Origin: Eledone cirrhosa
Taxonomy: Eukaryota
Direction: 5' to 3'
Assembly (NCBI GenBank): GCA_964016885.1
Contig: OZ024760.1
Coordinates: 2,046,001 to 2,110,000 of the forward strand
DNA: 64,000 nt
Below are positions 14,616-28,470 of this stretch, piece after piece. The notes under the pieces were generated by a model. It saw only the letters and a program-made list of their open reading frames with translations. It searched no databases and was not told where the DNA came from. Position 1 is the stretch's first letter. Each line of letters starts with the position of its first letter. A program made the position numbers and the translations under genes.

Positions 14616-16900
14616 TGTTGGGGTTACATATGGTACGGGGCTCATTTTCCCTGTATTTTGGGGTTACATATGGTATGGTTCTCATTTGCCCAGTATGTTG
14701 GGGTTACATATGGTATGGGGCTCATTTGCCCTCTGAGTTGGTGTTACATATGGTATGGTTCTCATTTGCCCAGTATGTTGGGGTTACATATGGTATGGTT
14801 CTCATTTGCCCAGTATGTTGGGGTTACATATGGTATGGGGCTCATTTGCCCTGTATTTTGGGGTTACATATGGTATGGTTCTCATTTGCCCAGTATGTTG
14901 GGGTTACATATGGTATGGTTCCCATTTGCCCAGTATGTTGGGGTTACATATGGTATGGTTCCCATTTGCCCAGTATGTTGGGGTTACATATGGTATGGTT
15001 CTCATTTGCCCAGTATGTTGGGGTTACATATGGTATGGTTCTCATTTGCCCAGTATGTTGGGGTTACATATGGTATGGTTCCCATTTGCCCAGTATGTTG
15101 GGGTTACATATGGTATGGGGCTCATTTGCCCTCTGAGTTGGTGTTACATATGGTATGGTTCTCATTTGCCCAGTATGTTGGGGTTACATATGGTATGGTT
15201 CTCATTTGCCCAGTATGTTGGGGTTACATATGATATGGGGCTCATTTGCCCTGTATTTTGGGGTTACATATGGTATGGTTCTCATTTGCCCAGTATGTTG
15301 GGGTTACATATGGTATGGTTCCCATTTGCCCAGTATGTTGGGGTTACATATGGTATGGTTCCCATTTGCCCAGTATGTTGGGGTTACATATGGTATGGTT
15401 CTCATTTGCCCAGTATGTTGGGGTTACATATGGTATGGTTCTCATTTGCCCAGTATGTTGGGGTTACATATGGTATGGTTCTCATTTGCCCAGTATGTTG
15501 GGGTTACATATGGTATGGTTCTCATTTGCCCAGTATGTTGGGGTTACATATGGTATGGGGCTCATTTGCCCAGTATGTTGGGGTTACATATGGTATGGTT
15601 CTCATTTGCCCAGTATGTTGGGGTTACATATGGTATGGTTCCCATTTGCCCAGTATGTTCGGGTTACATATGGTATGGTGCTCATTTGCCCAGTATGTTG
15701 GGGTTACATATGGTATGGTTCTCATTTGCCCAGTATGTTGGGGTTACATATGGTATGGGGCTCATTTGCCCAGTATGTTGGGGTTACATATGGTATGGTT
15801 CTCATTTGCCCAGTATGTTGGTGTTACATATGGTATGGGGCTCATTTGCCCAGTATGTTGGGGTTACATATGGTATGGGGCTCATTTGCCCAGTATGTTG
15901 GTGTTACATATGGTATGGTTCCCATTTGCCCAGTATGTTGGGGTTACATATGGTATGGTTCCCATTTGCCCAGTATGTTGGGGTTACATATGGTATGGTG
16001 CTCATTTGCCCAGTATGTTGGGGTTACATATGGTATGGTGCTCATTTGCCCAGTATGTTGGGGTTACATATGGTATGGTTCTCATTTGCCCAGTATGTTG
16101 GGGTTACATATGGTATGGGGCTCATTTGCCCAGTATGTTGGGGTTACATATGGTATGGTTCTCATTTGCCCAGTATGTTGGTGTTACATATGGTATGGTT
16201 CTCATTTGCCCAGTATGTTGGGGTTACATATGGTATGGGGCTCATTTGCCCAGTATGTTGGGGTTACATATGGTATGGTTCCCATTTGCCCAGTATGTTG
16301 GGGTTACATATGGTATGGTTCCCATTTGCCCAGTATGTTGGGGTTACATATGGTATGGTGCTCATTTGCCCAGTATGTTGGTGTTACATATGGTATGGTT
16401 CCCATTTGCCCAGTATGTTGGGGTTACATATGGTATGGGGCTCATTTGCCCAGTATGTTGGGGTTACATATGGTATGGTTCTCATTTGCCCAGTATGTTG
16501 GTGTTACATATGGTATGGTTCTCATTTGCCCAGTATGTTGGGGTTACATATGGTATGGGGCTCATTTGCCCTGTATTTTGGGGTTACATATGGTATGGTT
16601 CCCATTTGCCCAGTATGTTGGGGTTACATATGGTATGGTGCTCATTTGCCCAGTATGTTGGGGTTACATATGGTATGGGGCTCATTTGCCCTGTATTTTG
16701 GGGTTACATATGGTATGGTTCTCATTTGGCCAGTATGTTGGTGTTACATATGGTATGGTGCTCATTTGCCCAGTATGTTGGGGTTACATATGGTATGGGG
16801 CTCATTTGCCCTGTATTTTGGGGTTACATATGGTATGGTTCTCATTTGCCCAGTATGTTGGTGTTACATATGGTATGGTTCTCATTTGCCCTGTATGTTG
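14616..16900. repeat. 40-bp minisatellite (~57 copies)
   Basis: gggttacatatggtatggttctcatttgcccagtatgttg; no length variants seen. Confidence 0.95.
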
Positions 16901-18019
16901 AGGGTCCACGAAGTTAGATTTGGTATGGTTCTCCCTTGTAGTATATGTAAGAGGTCAGGTAGTTATAGAATGAGCTTCTCTGGTGAATATTTTCAGTACT
17001 AAAGTAAAGACTTTTCACATATTCTGATGCAGTCATAAGGCTGTTTTGTACTTTTCAAGAAAGTCTTACTATTATAGTTTTATATGGTTTGTTAATTCAA
17101 ATGATTATAGTATCTTTACTGGTGGTCTAGTCATTGTGAAAATTTGAAGTAAACTAAAGACTTTCATTTTTAAAATAATGCAGTTGTAGTGATGGTTATG
17201 ATTTTTCTAGAATGTTTTGCCGTTGTTTAACTCTTTGGCATTTAAAATGGTCATATCTGGCCAAAATTCTATCACCTCTTTCTGTTCAACCGGCCATAAC
17301 CAGCTGCTCATACTGATGTTAACGTATTGTTCTCAAAATAAATAATATCAAAATCTCATAGATTCTATATTATGTGAGATAATTATGTGAAATAAAGTGT
17401 TTACAACAAAAATACAATAGTAAATATAGAGTAATCATCATCATCACCGTTTTACATCTGTTCTTTCACGCTAGCATGGGTTAGACTGGTTGTCCTGTTG
17501 TGGGCATCGCCCAGTTGGCTTGTTTGTTAATTCAGATGTGTATAGTAACTTTACTAGTGGGCAGATAACTGTGAACATTTACCCCGAACTAAAGTAAAAA
17601 CGTTTATTGGGATACAGTTATAGTGATGTTTTGTACTTTTCAAGAATGCTTTGTTAATAAGGTTTCGTGTGGTACAGGATGTTAAGAGTTAAATAAAACA
17701 AAAACACTGTTGGGTGTGATTTTTAGGTTGACATAGAGCTAAACACTACCTCCAACACTCCCACAAACAGCAACAACAACAACATTACCCCCCCCCCCCC
17801 CCCATCATCATCATCATCAACAACAATAACAACCAATAATAAACTAAACCAAAAAATGACTCAACTGTTTGACTCAGCAAGGGAAAAAAATTATACCCAC
17901 ATTTAGTTCATTGGAAAACAAGGATTTAATCTTTCAGACATACACACATAGACACACACACAAACACATATAAATATATAAACACACACACACACACACA
18001 TACATATATAAATATATAA

Positions 18020-18058
<39 letters not shown>

Positions 18059-18364
18059 CATGCGCTAACATACACAGAGACACATGCACACACACAAACA
18101 TATAATATACACACTAATTAGATTACACACCAATATATAAAAATACATGCGCTAACATACACAGAGACATACCTACATACATACACACACATGCATATAT
18201 ATGTATATATATATGTGTGTGTCTGTGTGTGTGTGTGTTTAGTAATTAATTTATAGACATATGTGCATGCATGCATTTATACACACACATGCAAACAAAT
18301 ATATATATATATATATACACACATATATATACAAATACATATATATATATATATATACATACAT

Positions 18365-18419
<55 letters not shown>

Positions 18420-18680
18420 CATATGTAATATGTATATATATATATATGTAATATATATACATATGTAATTTCCTTCTCACTAACTGACAAGCAGTTAAGC
18501 ACCAAAGTGAAATCACCACACTTGAGAGTAATATTCACTATAATGACAACTAATACCACCACCACCACCACTACTACTACTACTACTACTGCTGCTACTG
18601 CTGCTGCTGCTGCTACTATTACTACTACTACTACTACTACCACTACTACTACTGCTGCTACTGCTGCTACTACTACTACC

Positions 18681-18716
<36 letters not shown>

Positions 18717-18718
18717 GT

Positions 18719-18785
<67 letters not shown>

Positions 18786-18818
18786 GCTACCACCACCACC
18801 ACCACCACCACCACCACC

Positions 18819-18899
<81 letters not shown>

Positions 18900-19713
18900 A
18901 TCACCACCACCACCACCACCACCACCACCACTACTACCATTACCACTACCACTACTACTAACAACAACAGCACCAATGAGAAGCCCCTATCAGATTATTC
19001 AATGCACTGTAATAGTTAAGATAGATGTCATCATGTAAGCCCCCCCCCCCTCACTCCACCTTTCTTCAGGGTTTTCTTCTGACAGAATGGTAATATCCCA
19101 TCATAGAGATATCATACATTGAAACATGCTTTCGCAAACTTTTTCTCTAAATTGGTTGGCATTACAACAACACCCCACCACCACCACCACCACCACCAAC
19201 CTCCAAACCCCTCTCCCATCCTGCATGTCTTACATGAAAACTCCTACACATCTGTGTGTATATATATATTTTAATCTGTAACAAACGTTTTTTATATAAC
19301 CCCTTTAACCCTTTAGCATTTAAACTGGCCATATCCTGCCAGAATCCTCTAAAAAGAGTGTATTTCAATATTAATTGTTTCTACTTTAGGCACAAGGCCA
19401 GCAATTACCCAGTGTATTACTGGTACTTTATTTTATCGACCCTGTCAGTATGAAAGGCAAAGTTAACCTCGGCTGGATTTGAACTCAGATCGTAAAGGGA
19501 CGTAACTATGCTGGAAAGCATGGCGTCCGACCCTCTACCGATACTGCCAATCCACCGCCTTATTTGAATATTAATATGGTCAAGAAAGGGTTAAGGTGTG
19601 TCCAAGCATTGCTTTCTTTTTCTTGGAAGCCCCAAACAAAGCATGAAGCTACTTAGTGTAAGGAACTATGATGAAGAAGAAATTAAGATGAAAGGAATAG
19701 ATTTACATTAGAC

Positions 19714-19929
19714 TTAACCCTTTAGCATTTAAACCGGCCGTATTCGGCCAGAATTCTCTCACCTCTTTCTGTTCAAACCAGCCGTAACTGGCCACTCATA
19801 CTGACATTATGGTATTGTTCTCAAAATAAATACTTTCAAAATCTCATAGATTCGATATTATGTGAGGTAAAGCCTTTACTGTGAAAATACAATAGTAAAT
19901 ATAGTGTAATGTAAATGCTAAAGGGTTAA
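19714..19929. mobile_element. piggyBac-type MITE family A (TTAA TSD, TIR CCCTTTAGCATTTA)
   Basis: TTAA|ccctttagcattta...taaatgctaaaggg|TTAA. Confidence 0.88.
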
Positions 19930-22711
19930 TAGTAAAGTGCCTTAAAAAACTGTTCCCTCCCCCTCCCTTGGCACCCTCATCTTTCCTGTCCTGCTATATA
20001 TATCATCATCATCATTTAACGTCCATCTTCCAACCTAACATGGGTTAGACGGTTTTGTTCCATTTGATACGGGATTGGTCAGATGACCATGTCTCGCTCG
20101 TACGGAAGTGTCTCTGGCAGGTTTTCTATGGCTGGATTCCCTTCCTAACACCAACCAGATTTACAGTGTGGACTGGGAGCCTTTTTTACCATGTCTCCTA
20201 CACTACCACTTTATAGTGAAGACAGTGCTTTTTGTTGTGTCACCGATACAGTCATCATCATCATCATTTCATTTTATGTCCGCTTTTTCCCTGCTTGCAA
20301 GGGTGGGACGGGAACTGATGCTGGCTTGATTTCTACAGCTGGATGCCCTTCCTAACACCAACCTCATTTTACAGTGAGTGCTGAGTGCTTTTTTTGCCGT
20401 GGCACCTCCACGACCACTTTGCAGTGGAATGATATGGACCCCAGTCCCTATCATCTCATTTCTACAGCTGAGTAAACTGGAGCAATGTGAAATAAAGTGT
20501 CTTGCTCAAGGAAACAACACATCACCCGGTCTGAGAATTGAACTCACAACCTTTCGATTGCAAGGCCAATGCTCTAACCACTAAGCCATGTGCCTCCATC
20601 TAAGCCATGTGCCTCCAGCAGTGGACAGAAATATATATAAAATAGAATTAACAAAGATTGCTGGTATTAAGTCCTCGTTCTCCAGTCAATGTCTAGCTCA
20701 CTCAATGAATCTGCCGAATTGTAGTAATGCAGCTGCAATCAGCTGTTCAGAGTGCACACATTTAGTTAATAGCAGATACGGTGGCTGTCTTTTGGGAGAG
20801 AGCAAGGTAAAAATCTGCAACGCCCTATTTTTAAATATATAACCCTTTTAATACGCAGGTGCCTGAAAAAAAACTGCTTCTTCCCTGATCCTACAATACA
20901 AAACTGTTGTTTTAATTGGTTTGTTTGTATTTATCTAAAAAACCTTCCACCATAAACTCTTTGTAAGAAAACTTTTGTAAGTTATGTTCCAACCAGCTTC
21001 CTGCTTTTGATACCAAACTATTAATACCTGAAAACGTTCCCTTTTCTACAATACAAAACTACTTCTCTATATTCATCTAAAAACCTTCCATCACAATTAG
21101 TTTAAGAACCTTTTGTAAGTTATGTTCCAAACATATGCTTAAATCTTTTGATACGAAACAGCCTGAAACTGGTCCTGGTTCTATGATTCAAAGCTATTTG
21201 TTTATATATATATATAAAAATGTTCTATCCAAATGTTATGTAAAACCTTATATGTTAAGTTTCAAACATAAGCTTGATCATAAGGAAATTATTTGTTACA
21301 ATATCCCCCCAAATCTCGAATATTTTCAAAATCATTTGAAAATTATAAGCAATTTTTATTTAGAAATATGATAATGATAGGCTTAAATTGTAAGAACCTT
21401 CAAGTTAGCTTCCAAACACCAGTTTAATAAAAAGAAAGTTAGTTATATTACTAAATCTTTCCAAATAGATGGTGATATAGTGATGATGGTGGTGGTGTGG
21501 TGGTGATGGTGTAGTGGTGATGGAGATGGTGTAGTGGCGATGATGGTGGAGTGATGATGATGGTGTAGTGGTGGTGATGGTGTAGTGGTGGTGATGGTAT
21601 AGTGGTAGTGATGATGGAGTAGTAGTGATGATGGTGGTATAGTGGTGATGGTGGTGTAGTGGTGGTGATGATGGAGTAGTAGTGATGATGGTGGTATAGT
21701 GGTGATGGTGGTATAGTGGTGGTGATGGTGTAGTGGTGGTGATGGTGGTATAGTGGTGGTGATGATGGTGGTATAGTGGTGGTGATGATGGTGGTATAGT
21801 GGTGATGGTGGTATAGTGGTGATGATGGTGTAGTGGTGGTGATGATGGAGTGGTGGTGATGGTGTAGTGGTGGTGATGAGTAGTGGATGTTGATGGTTAA
21901 ATTACACCTTTATTCTATGTTTTCCATTTGTGGAATGTCTCAGTGTTCAGCTGTTATCTGTATGTTGTATATACATATATATATATAAATACACACATAA
22001 TATATATATCTATATATCTATCTATCTATATATATATATATAGATAGATATATACACACACACATATATATACATAGGTATGTATGTATGTTATGTATAT
22101 ATAAATGTTTTCAAGTGTATTAATTCCCTGAATCCCCTCCCATTCCCCACCCACATCTCTGCACTGTGTTGACATGTTTTACACAAGTCAAATTCTACCA
22201 GAATATTTTCCTACCCTCACACCCCATCACTTTAGTACAGCCACTCCCTCTGATTTCCCCCCACATTCTACCCCACCCCACCCTGCCACCCTCAATCCCT
22301 ACCCTCAGCCCAACCCCAACTCACCCCTACTATATTTCTTTCGCTACCTGTGTTCATTCCTTTGAAAGAATTTTCAAAAACAATACTGTTTGGCAGTAGC
22401 GGTAGAGGGTCGGACGCCATGCTTTCCAGCATAGTTACGTCCCTTTACGATCTGAGTTCAAATCCCGCCGAGGTTGACTTTGCCTTTCATCCTTACAGGG
22501 TCGATAAAATAAAGTACCAGTAATGCACTGGGTATTTGCTGGCCTTGTGCCTAAAGTAGAAACAGTTATTTATATCTATATGGATAGCCACATGGTTAAG
22601 TAATTCCCTTTCTAATACATAAAGGGTCCTGGGTTCGATCTCTCGGCTTGGCACCTTGGGAAAGTGTTTTTAGACATATATACAAATACACACACATATA
22701 CACATATATAT

Positions 22712-22744
<33 letters not shown>

Positions 22745-22866
22745 GTTTAACGTCTATCTTCCATGCTAGCATGGGTTAGACGGGAATTGTCCCACTTGAG
22801 GCAAGATTGGTCGGGTGACCGTGTCTCGCTCGTATAGGACTGTCTGGCAGGTTTTCTACAGCTGGA

Positions 22867-22936
<70 letters not shown>

Positions 22937-23086
22937 TTAGACGTGTCCATTGAACCTGCGGGTCCAGAATTAGACAGATCCACACAATGATCGCGTCTCG
23001 AGCTGTCCACCGGGGAAACAATTGTAACACACAAAATTGAGTTCAGATGCATCACTGATTTTTCGTTTTTTATTCTATATATATAT

Positions 23087-23119
<33 letters not shown>

Positions 23120-23124
<5 letters not shown>

Positions 23125-23583
23125 AAGGTATATATTGAGTTAAAAACTCACAACACTCCCTTATAATTAAAATAGCTCAAGGAAAAAAAAATTCTGAGCC
23201 TTATAATGTAATATATAATAAAAAGAGCCAAATGCAGATATATATGTGGTCAAATCACAAGGGACATTCAAATCTCTCTTAAAACACATGCATCATTTAG
23301 TCTTCTTCTAAAATATTTAGGAGTGAAGAGATTACTAATCTGTACATCCACTGAAGAGCAATCAGATTTGTAACTCTCTCCACTTATTTGCGAAACAGTT
23401 CTACCAAAAGCCGTCTGGATGTGATAGTTGTCATAATTTCAGTTTGTAATTCTTAATTTATCCTTTTAATTGAATCTAGCAAACCATATTATTCCTAGTT
23501 AGTAATTACTTCACCCTGGCGGTTTAACATCCCTTGTGATTTGAATACATATATGTGTATATCTGTGTTTGTCTCTCTTTATT
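23120..23583. mobile_element. (TA)n-flanked element with internal inverted repeat hosting the hammerhead (possible Penelope-like pLTR remnant)
   Basis: Inverted segments ~23222-23265 and ~23531-23580; related sequence in reverse at ~52205-52383. Confidence 0.5.
23344..23422 (+). ncRNA. Type I hammerhead ribozyme-like motif
   Basis: Stem I ACAUCCA/UGGAUGU; core CUGAAGA (23351-23357); stem II GCAA/UUGC; GAAA (23392-23395); stem III CAGUU/AGCCG with one A-C mismatch; GUC cleavage triplet 23413-23415. Confidence 0.7.
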
Positions 23584-25025
23584 CATCTTCATTTTATTCA
23601 TTTCATTTTTACGTCCGCTTTTCCCTGCTTGCAAGGGTGGGACGGGAACTGATTCTGGCTTGATTTCTACAGCTGGATGCCCTTCTTAACACCAACCTCA
23701 TTTACAGTGAGTGCTGGGTGCTTTTTTTGCCATGGCACCTCCACGACCACTTTGCAGTCCTTATCATCTCATTTCTACAGCTGAGTAAACTGGAGCAATG
23801 TGAAATAAAGTGTCTTGCTCAAGGAAACAACACATCACCCGGTCTGAGAATTGAACTCACAACCTTTCGATTGCAAGGCCAATGCTCTAACCACTAAACC
23901 ATGTGCCTCCACAATATATATATATCTGAAGTATAAAGTCTGTCTTAAGCCATAAGGCTCATTTGTCTGGTGCTTATCCTAGTTTGATGGCATGAAGCGA
24001 CTGAGAGTACAAGACTTTCTCCTGGATAGGACGCCAGTTTACCACAGGGTCAAACATACAGCCCGGTCGGAGAATCAAACTCACGACCTCGTGATTGTAA
24101 GTAAAATGCTCTAACCCACTAAGCTATAGGTTATTTAACTCATAGGTAAATCCAGCACTGGGAACGAAACTATCCCACACAGAAAGAATGAAAGGCAAAG
24201 TTGACCTCAGTAAGATTTGAACTCTGAGTGCAAACAGCCAGCAGGAATATCACAAAGCATTCTATCTGACATTTTAACGACTTTGCAAATTTGCTGCCTA
24301 AATTGATTAAGAAAGAATGAAAGGAATGGCATATTATGGTACGGTATATTAAACAACATTACCTTGTAATTAAGTGATTTATTAAATTAAATTCATGTCT
24401 GCTGGTCTAAAAAACAGAAATTTCAATGAAAATATTAATGGTTTCTGATTTAGGCACAAGGCCAGTAATTTGTAGGAAGGAGAAAACCGATCCCAGTGCA
24501 TTACTGGTACTTTATTTCATCGACAACGTAAGGATGAAAGGCAAAGCTAACCTTGGCAGGATTTGATCTCAGAACGTAAAGGGTCGTAACTATATGCTGC
24601 AAAGCATGTTGTCTGATGCTCTACCAATATTTCCAATCCGCCACACTAGGCTCAAGGCCAGCAATTTGGGAGCGAAAGGTCAATCAAGTCAAGTATATCA
24701 ATCCTCAGTACATGACTGGTACAATATTTTATCGTGGAGGAAGGATGAAAGGTCAGGGGCTGATTGATTGATTTTTTGTAACCCAAGTCTATAGTAAAAA
24801 AAACTTGCTCAAGGTGCTATGCTGTGGGACTGAGTACAAAACGATGTAATTGTGAAGCAAACCCCTAAATCCCTTACCCTGGGTATGTGGTACATGGTAT
24901 AATTAAATAGTATTACTTTTAAATCAAGTGATTAAGATATTTTAATTTGTGTCTGCAGATATAAAATTAATTTGAAAGCATAAATATAAAAAAATGGGTA
25001 AATTAAATAGACGTCAACTTAGGAA

Positions 25026-25712
25026 TTCTTCTTCTTCTTCTTCAGCTTCTTCTTCTTCTTCTTCTTCAGCTTCTTCTTCAGCTTCTTCTTCTTCAGCTTC
25101 TTCTTCTTCAGCTTCTTCTTCTTCAGCTTCTTCAGCTTCTTCTACTTCTTCTTCAGCTTCTTCAGTTTCTTCTTCTTCTTCAGCTTCTTCAGCTTCTTCT
25201 TCTTCTTCTTCTTCAGCTTCTTCTTCTTCTTCTTCTTCAGCTTCTTCTTCTTCTTCAGCTTCTTCTTCTTCAGCTTCTTCTTCTTCTTCTTCAGCTTCTT
25301 CTTCAGCTTCTTCAGCTTCTTCTTCTTCAGCTTCTTCAGCTTCTTCTTCTTCAGCTTCTTCTTCAGCTTCTTCTTCAGCTTCTTCTTCAGCTTCTCCTTC
25401 TTCTTCAGCTTCTTCTTCAGCTTCTTCTTCTTCTTCAGCTTCTTCAGCTTCTTCTTCTTCTTCTTCACCTTCTTCTTCTTCTTCTTCTTCTTCTTCTTCT
25501 TCTTCTTCTTCTTCAGCTTCTTCTTCAGCTTCTTCAGCTTCTTCTTCAGCTTCTTCAGCTTCTTCTTCAGCTTCTTTTTCAACCTTTTCTTCCTTTCTTC
25601 TTTTTCTTTGTTGTCGTCGTCGTCGTCGTCGTCGTCGTCGTCTTCTTCTTCTTCTTCTTCTTCTTCTTCTTCTTCTTCTTCTTCTTCCTTTCTTCTTCAT
25701 CTTCTTCTTCAC
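25026..25712. repeat. (CTT)n/(CAG)/(CGT)n compound trinucleotide repeat
   Basis: ttc runs punctuated by agc; intronic. Confidence 0.9.
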
Positions 25713-25819
25713 CCACTTATTCTTGTGAAGGTCATCATGTGGTCAGAGTCCTCAGACATCACTTCCAAGGGTTTTAGAAGCAACTGAATCTCAATAAACC
25801 AGATATAACCCAAAGAGGG

Positions 25820-27472
25820 ACTCTTTATTTCCCGCTGCTCCAGTTCACTCAGCTGTAGAAATCAGTTGTGACGTCACTGGTGCCAAGCTGTACTGGACAT
25901 TGCCTTTCCCTTGGACATCACCATATATAGTGTCTCTATAGTGTATATATAGTGTATATATAGTGTATATATAGTGTATATACAGAGTGTATATATAGTG
26001 TCTCTATAGTGTCTCTATAGTGTATATATAGTGTATATATAGTGTCTCTATAGTGTATATATAGTGTCTCTATAGTATATATATAGTGTCTCTATAGTGT
26101 ATATATAGTGTCTCTATAGTATATATATAGTGTCTCTATAGTGTATATATAGTGTCTCTATAGTGTATATACAGAGTGTATATATAGTGTCTCTATAGTG
26201 TCTCTATAGTGTATATATAGTGTATATATAGTGTCTCTATAGTGTATATATAGTGTCTCTATAGTATATATATAGTGTCTCTATAGTGTATATATAGTGT
26301 CTCTATAGTATATATATAGTGTCTCTATAGTGTATATATAGTGTCTCTATAGTGTATATACAGAGTGTATATATAGTGTCTCTATAGTGTCTCTATAATG
26401 TATATATAGTGTATATATAGTGTCTCTATAGTGTATATATAGTGTCTCTATAGTATATATATAGTGTCTCTATAGTGTATATATAGTGTCTCTATAGTAT
26501 ATATATAGTGTCTCTATAGTGTATATATAGTGTCTCTATAGTGTATATACAGAGTGTATATATAGTGTCTCTATAGTGTATATATAGTGTCTCTATAGTG
26601 TATATATAGTCTATATACAGAGTGTATATGTGTTTCGATATCATTAGTGCCAAGTTTTATCAGCCATTGCCTTTCTCTTGGACAACATCATATATATACT
26701 GTACATATAATGTACATAGTGTATATATACGGTATACAGTGTATATATAATGTATATATAATGTATATATAATGTACATAGTGTATATATACGGTATATA
26801 GTGTATATATAATGTATATATACTGTACATATAATGTACATAGTGTATATATACGGTATACAGTGTATATATAATGTATATATAATGTATATATAATGTA
26901 CATAGTGTGTATATATACGGTATATAGTGTATATATAATGTATATATACTGTACATATAATGTACATAGTGTATATATACGGTATACAGTGTATATATAA
27001 TGTATATATACTGTACATATAATGTACATAGTGTATATATACGGTATACAGTGTATATATAATGTATATATACTGTACATATAATGTACATAGTGTATAT
27101 ATACGGTATACAGTGTATATATAATGTACATAGTGTATATATAATGTACATAGTGTATATATAATGTACATAGTGTATATATAATATATATATGCTGTAT
27201 ATATACTGTACATAGTGTATATATAATGTAAGTAGTGTATATATATAATATATGGTGTATATATCAGTTGTGACGTCACTGGTGCCAAGCTGTATCAGCC
27301 ATTGCCTCTCCCTTGGGTAACACCAGTGGCATGGAGAGGGGTGACTGGTATACATGGGTGACTCCTGGTCTTTTATAAACAACCTTGCTTGGACTTAAGC
27401 CTCAGAGGGAAACTTTCTAGGTACAAATCCCATGGTCATTTGTCACCAAGGTGGTCTTTCCCCTCTTTACCA
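25820..27472 (+). mobile_element. SINE family D copy (headless) with two expanded TA-rich VNTRs
   Basis: Same segment at ~25862, ~26640 and ~27264, separated by (tagtgtctcta/tagtgtatata)n and (taatgtacatagtgtatata)n arrays; 3' part matches 58830-59030. Confidence 0.8.
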
Positions 27473-27747
27473 TTTTATTAGTTTTTCTATTGGAGTTTCT
27501 CGTTCCCCTTCCCCATGATACTAATTAACTCTTTCGTTAATATATCTCTAATGACAAACTTTATTTCATTTAATTAATGAAGGATTTTGAGGTATTTACT
27601 AAAACTGTCAGTTATTTCATTACTAATATAGTAACTTAACATATGGTTCTTATATAAAATTATGTTGGGAGATTTTAATTCAACTAGAACCCTTTAACTC
27701 TTTAGCATGCACATTACTCTATATTTACTATTATATTTTCGCAGTAA

Positions 27748-27919
27748 GTATCGGTAGAGCATCAGACTCCATGCTTTACAGCATAGAGTTATGGCCATTT
27801 ACGTTCTGAGTTCAAATCCTGCTGAGGTTAACTTTACCTTTCATCCTTATGGGGTCGATAAAATAAAGTACCAGTAATGCACTGGGGTAATTGCTGGCCT
27901 TGTGCCAAAAGTAGAAACA
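27748..27919 (+). mobile_element. SINE family A copy with 18-bp TSD, inserted into a TTAA MITE
   Basis: attatattttcgcagtaa at 27730-27747 and 27920-27937; both flanks are MITE-A sequence. Confidence 0.88.
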
Positions 27920-28097
27920 ATTATATTTTCGCAGTAAAGACTTTATCTCACATAGTATCGAATCTAGAAGATGTGTGCACTCTACCCAGTTGGATTTTAA
28001 TTTTAATAATACAAATGTAACTGGTTATTGAGTGAGGAAATGACTAAAGATATGACCATTCTATTCGACAAGCTTCATTTCTTAATTAAATATACAA

Positions 28098-28470
28098 ATG
28101 AGATCGTGTAAGTGTCACGACAAAAAAAACACACAGTCCACGCTGTAATGTGACCGTGTAGGCAACACGGTAAAAACGTCCCAGTCCCACGCTGTAAATG
28201 TGGTTGGTGTTAGGAAGGGCATCCAGCTGTAGAAAACCTGCCAGACAGTCCACGCTGTAATGTGGCCGTGTAGGCAACACGGTAAAAACCTCCCAGCCCC
28301 ACACTGTAAATGTGGTTGGTGTTAGGAAGGGCATCCAACTGTAGAAAACCCGCCAGACAGTCCTATGCGAGCAAGACAACCACTCTTGCCTCAAGTGGGA
28401 AAACTCCCGTCCAAACCCATGCAAGCATGGAACACGGACGTTAAACGATGATGATGATGATGATGATGAA
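28098..28470 (+). mobile_element. RTE 3' UTR fragment (two ~112-bp units) with (TGA)n tail
   Basis: Near-identical to 38265-38868. Confidence 0.85.

Noticed and set aside
14561-17002. Long ORFs (up to 720 aa) in all three + frames
   Set aside because: Translation of a stop-free 40-bp minisatellite, antisense within an intron; no domain features
25014-25712. Glu/Ala-rich 232-aa ORF on the otoferlin strand as a possible exon
   Set aside because: Pure trinucleotide repeat lying between exons C and D, which join seamlessly within the C2E fold
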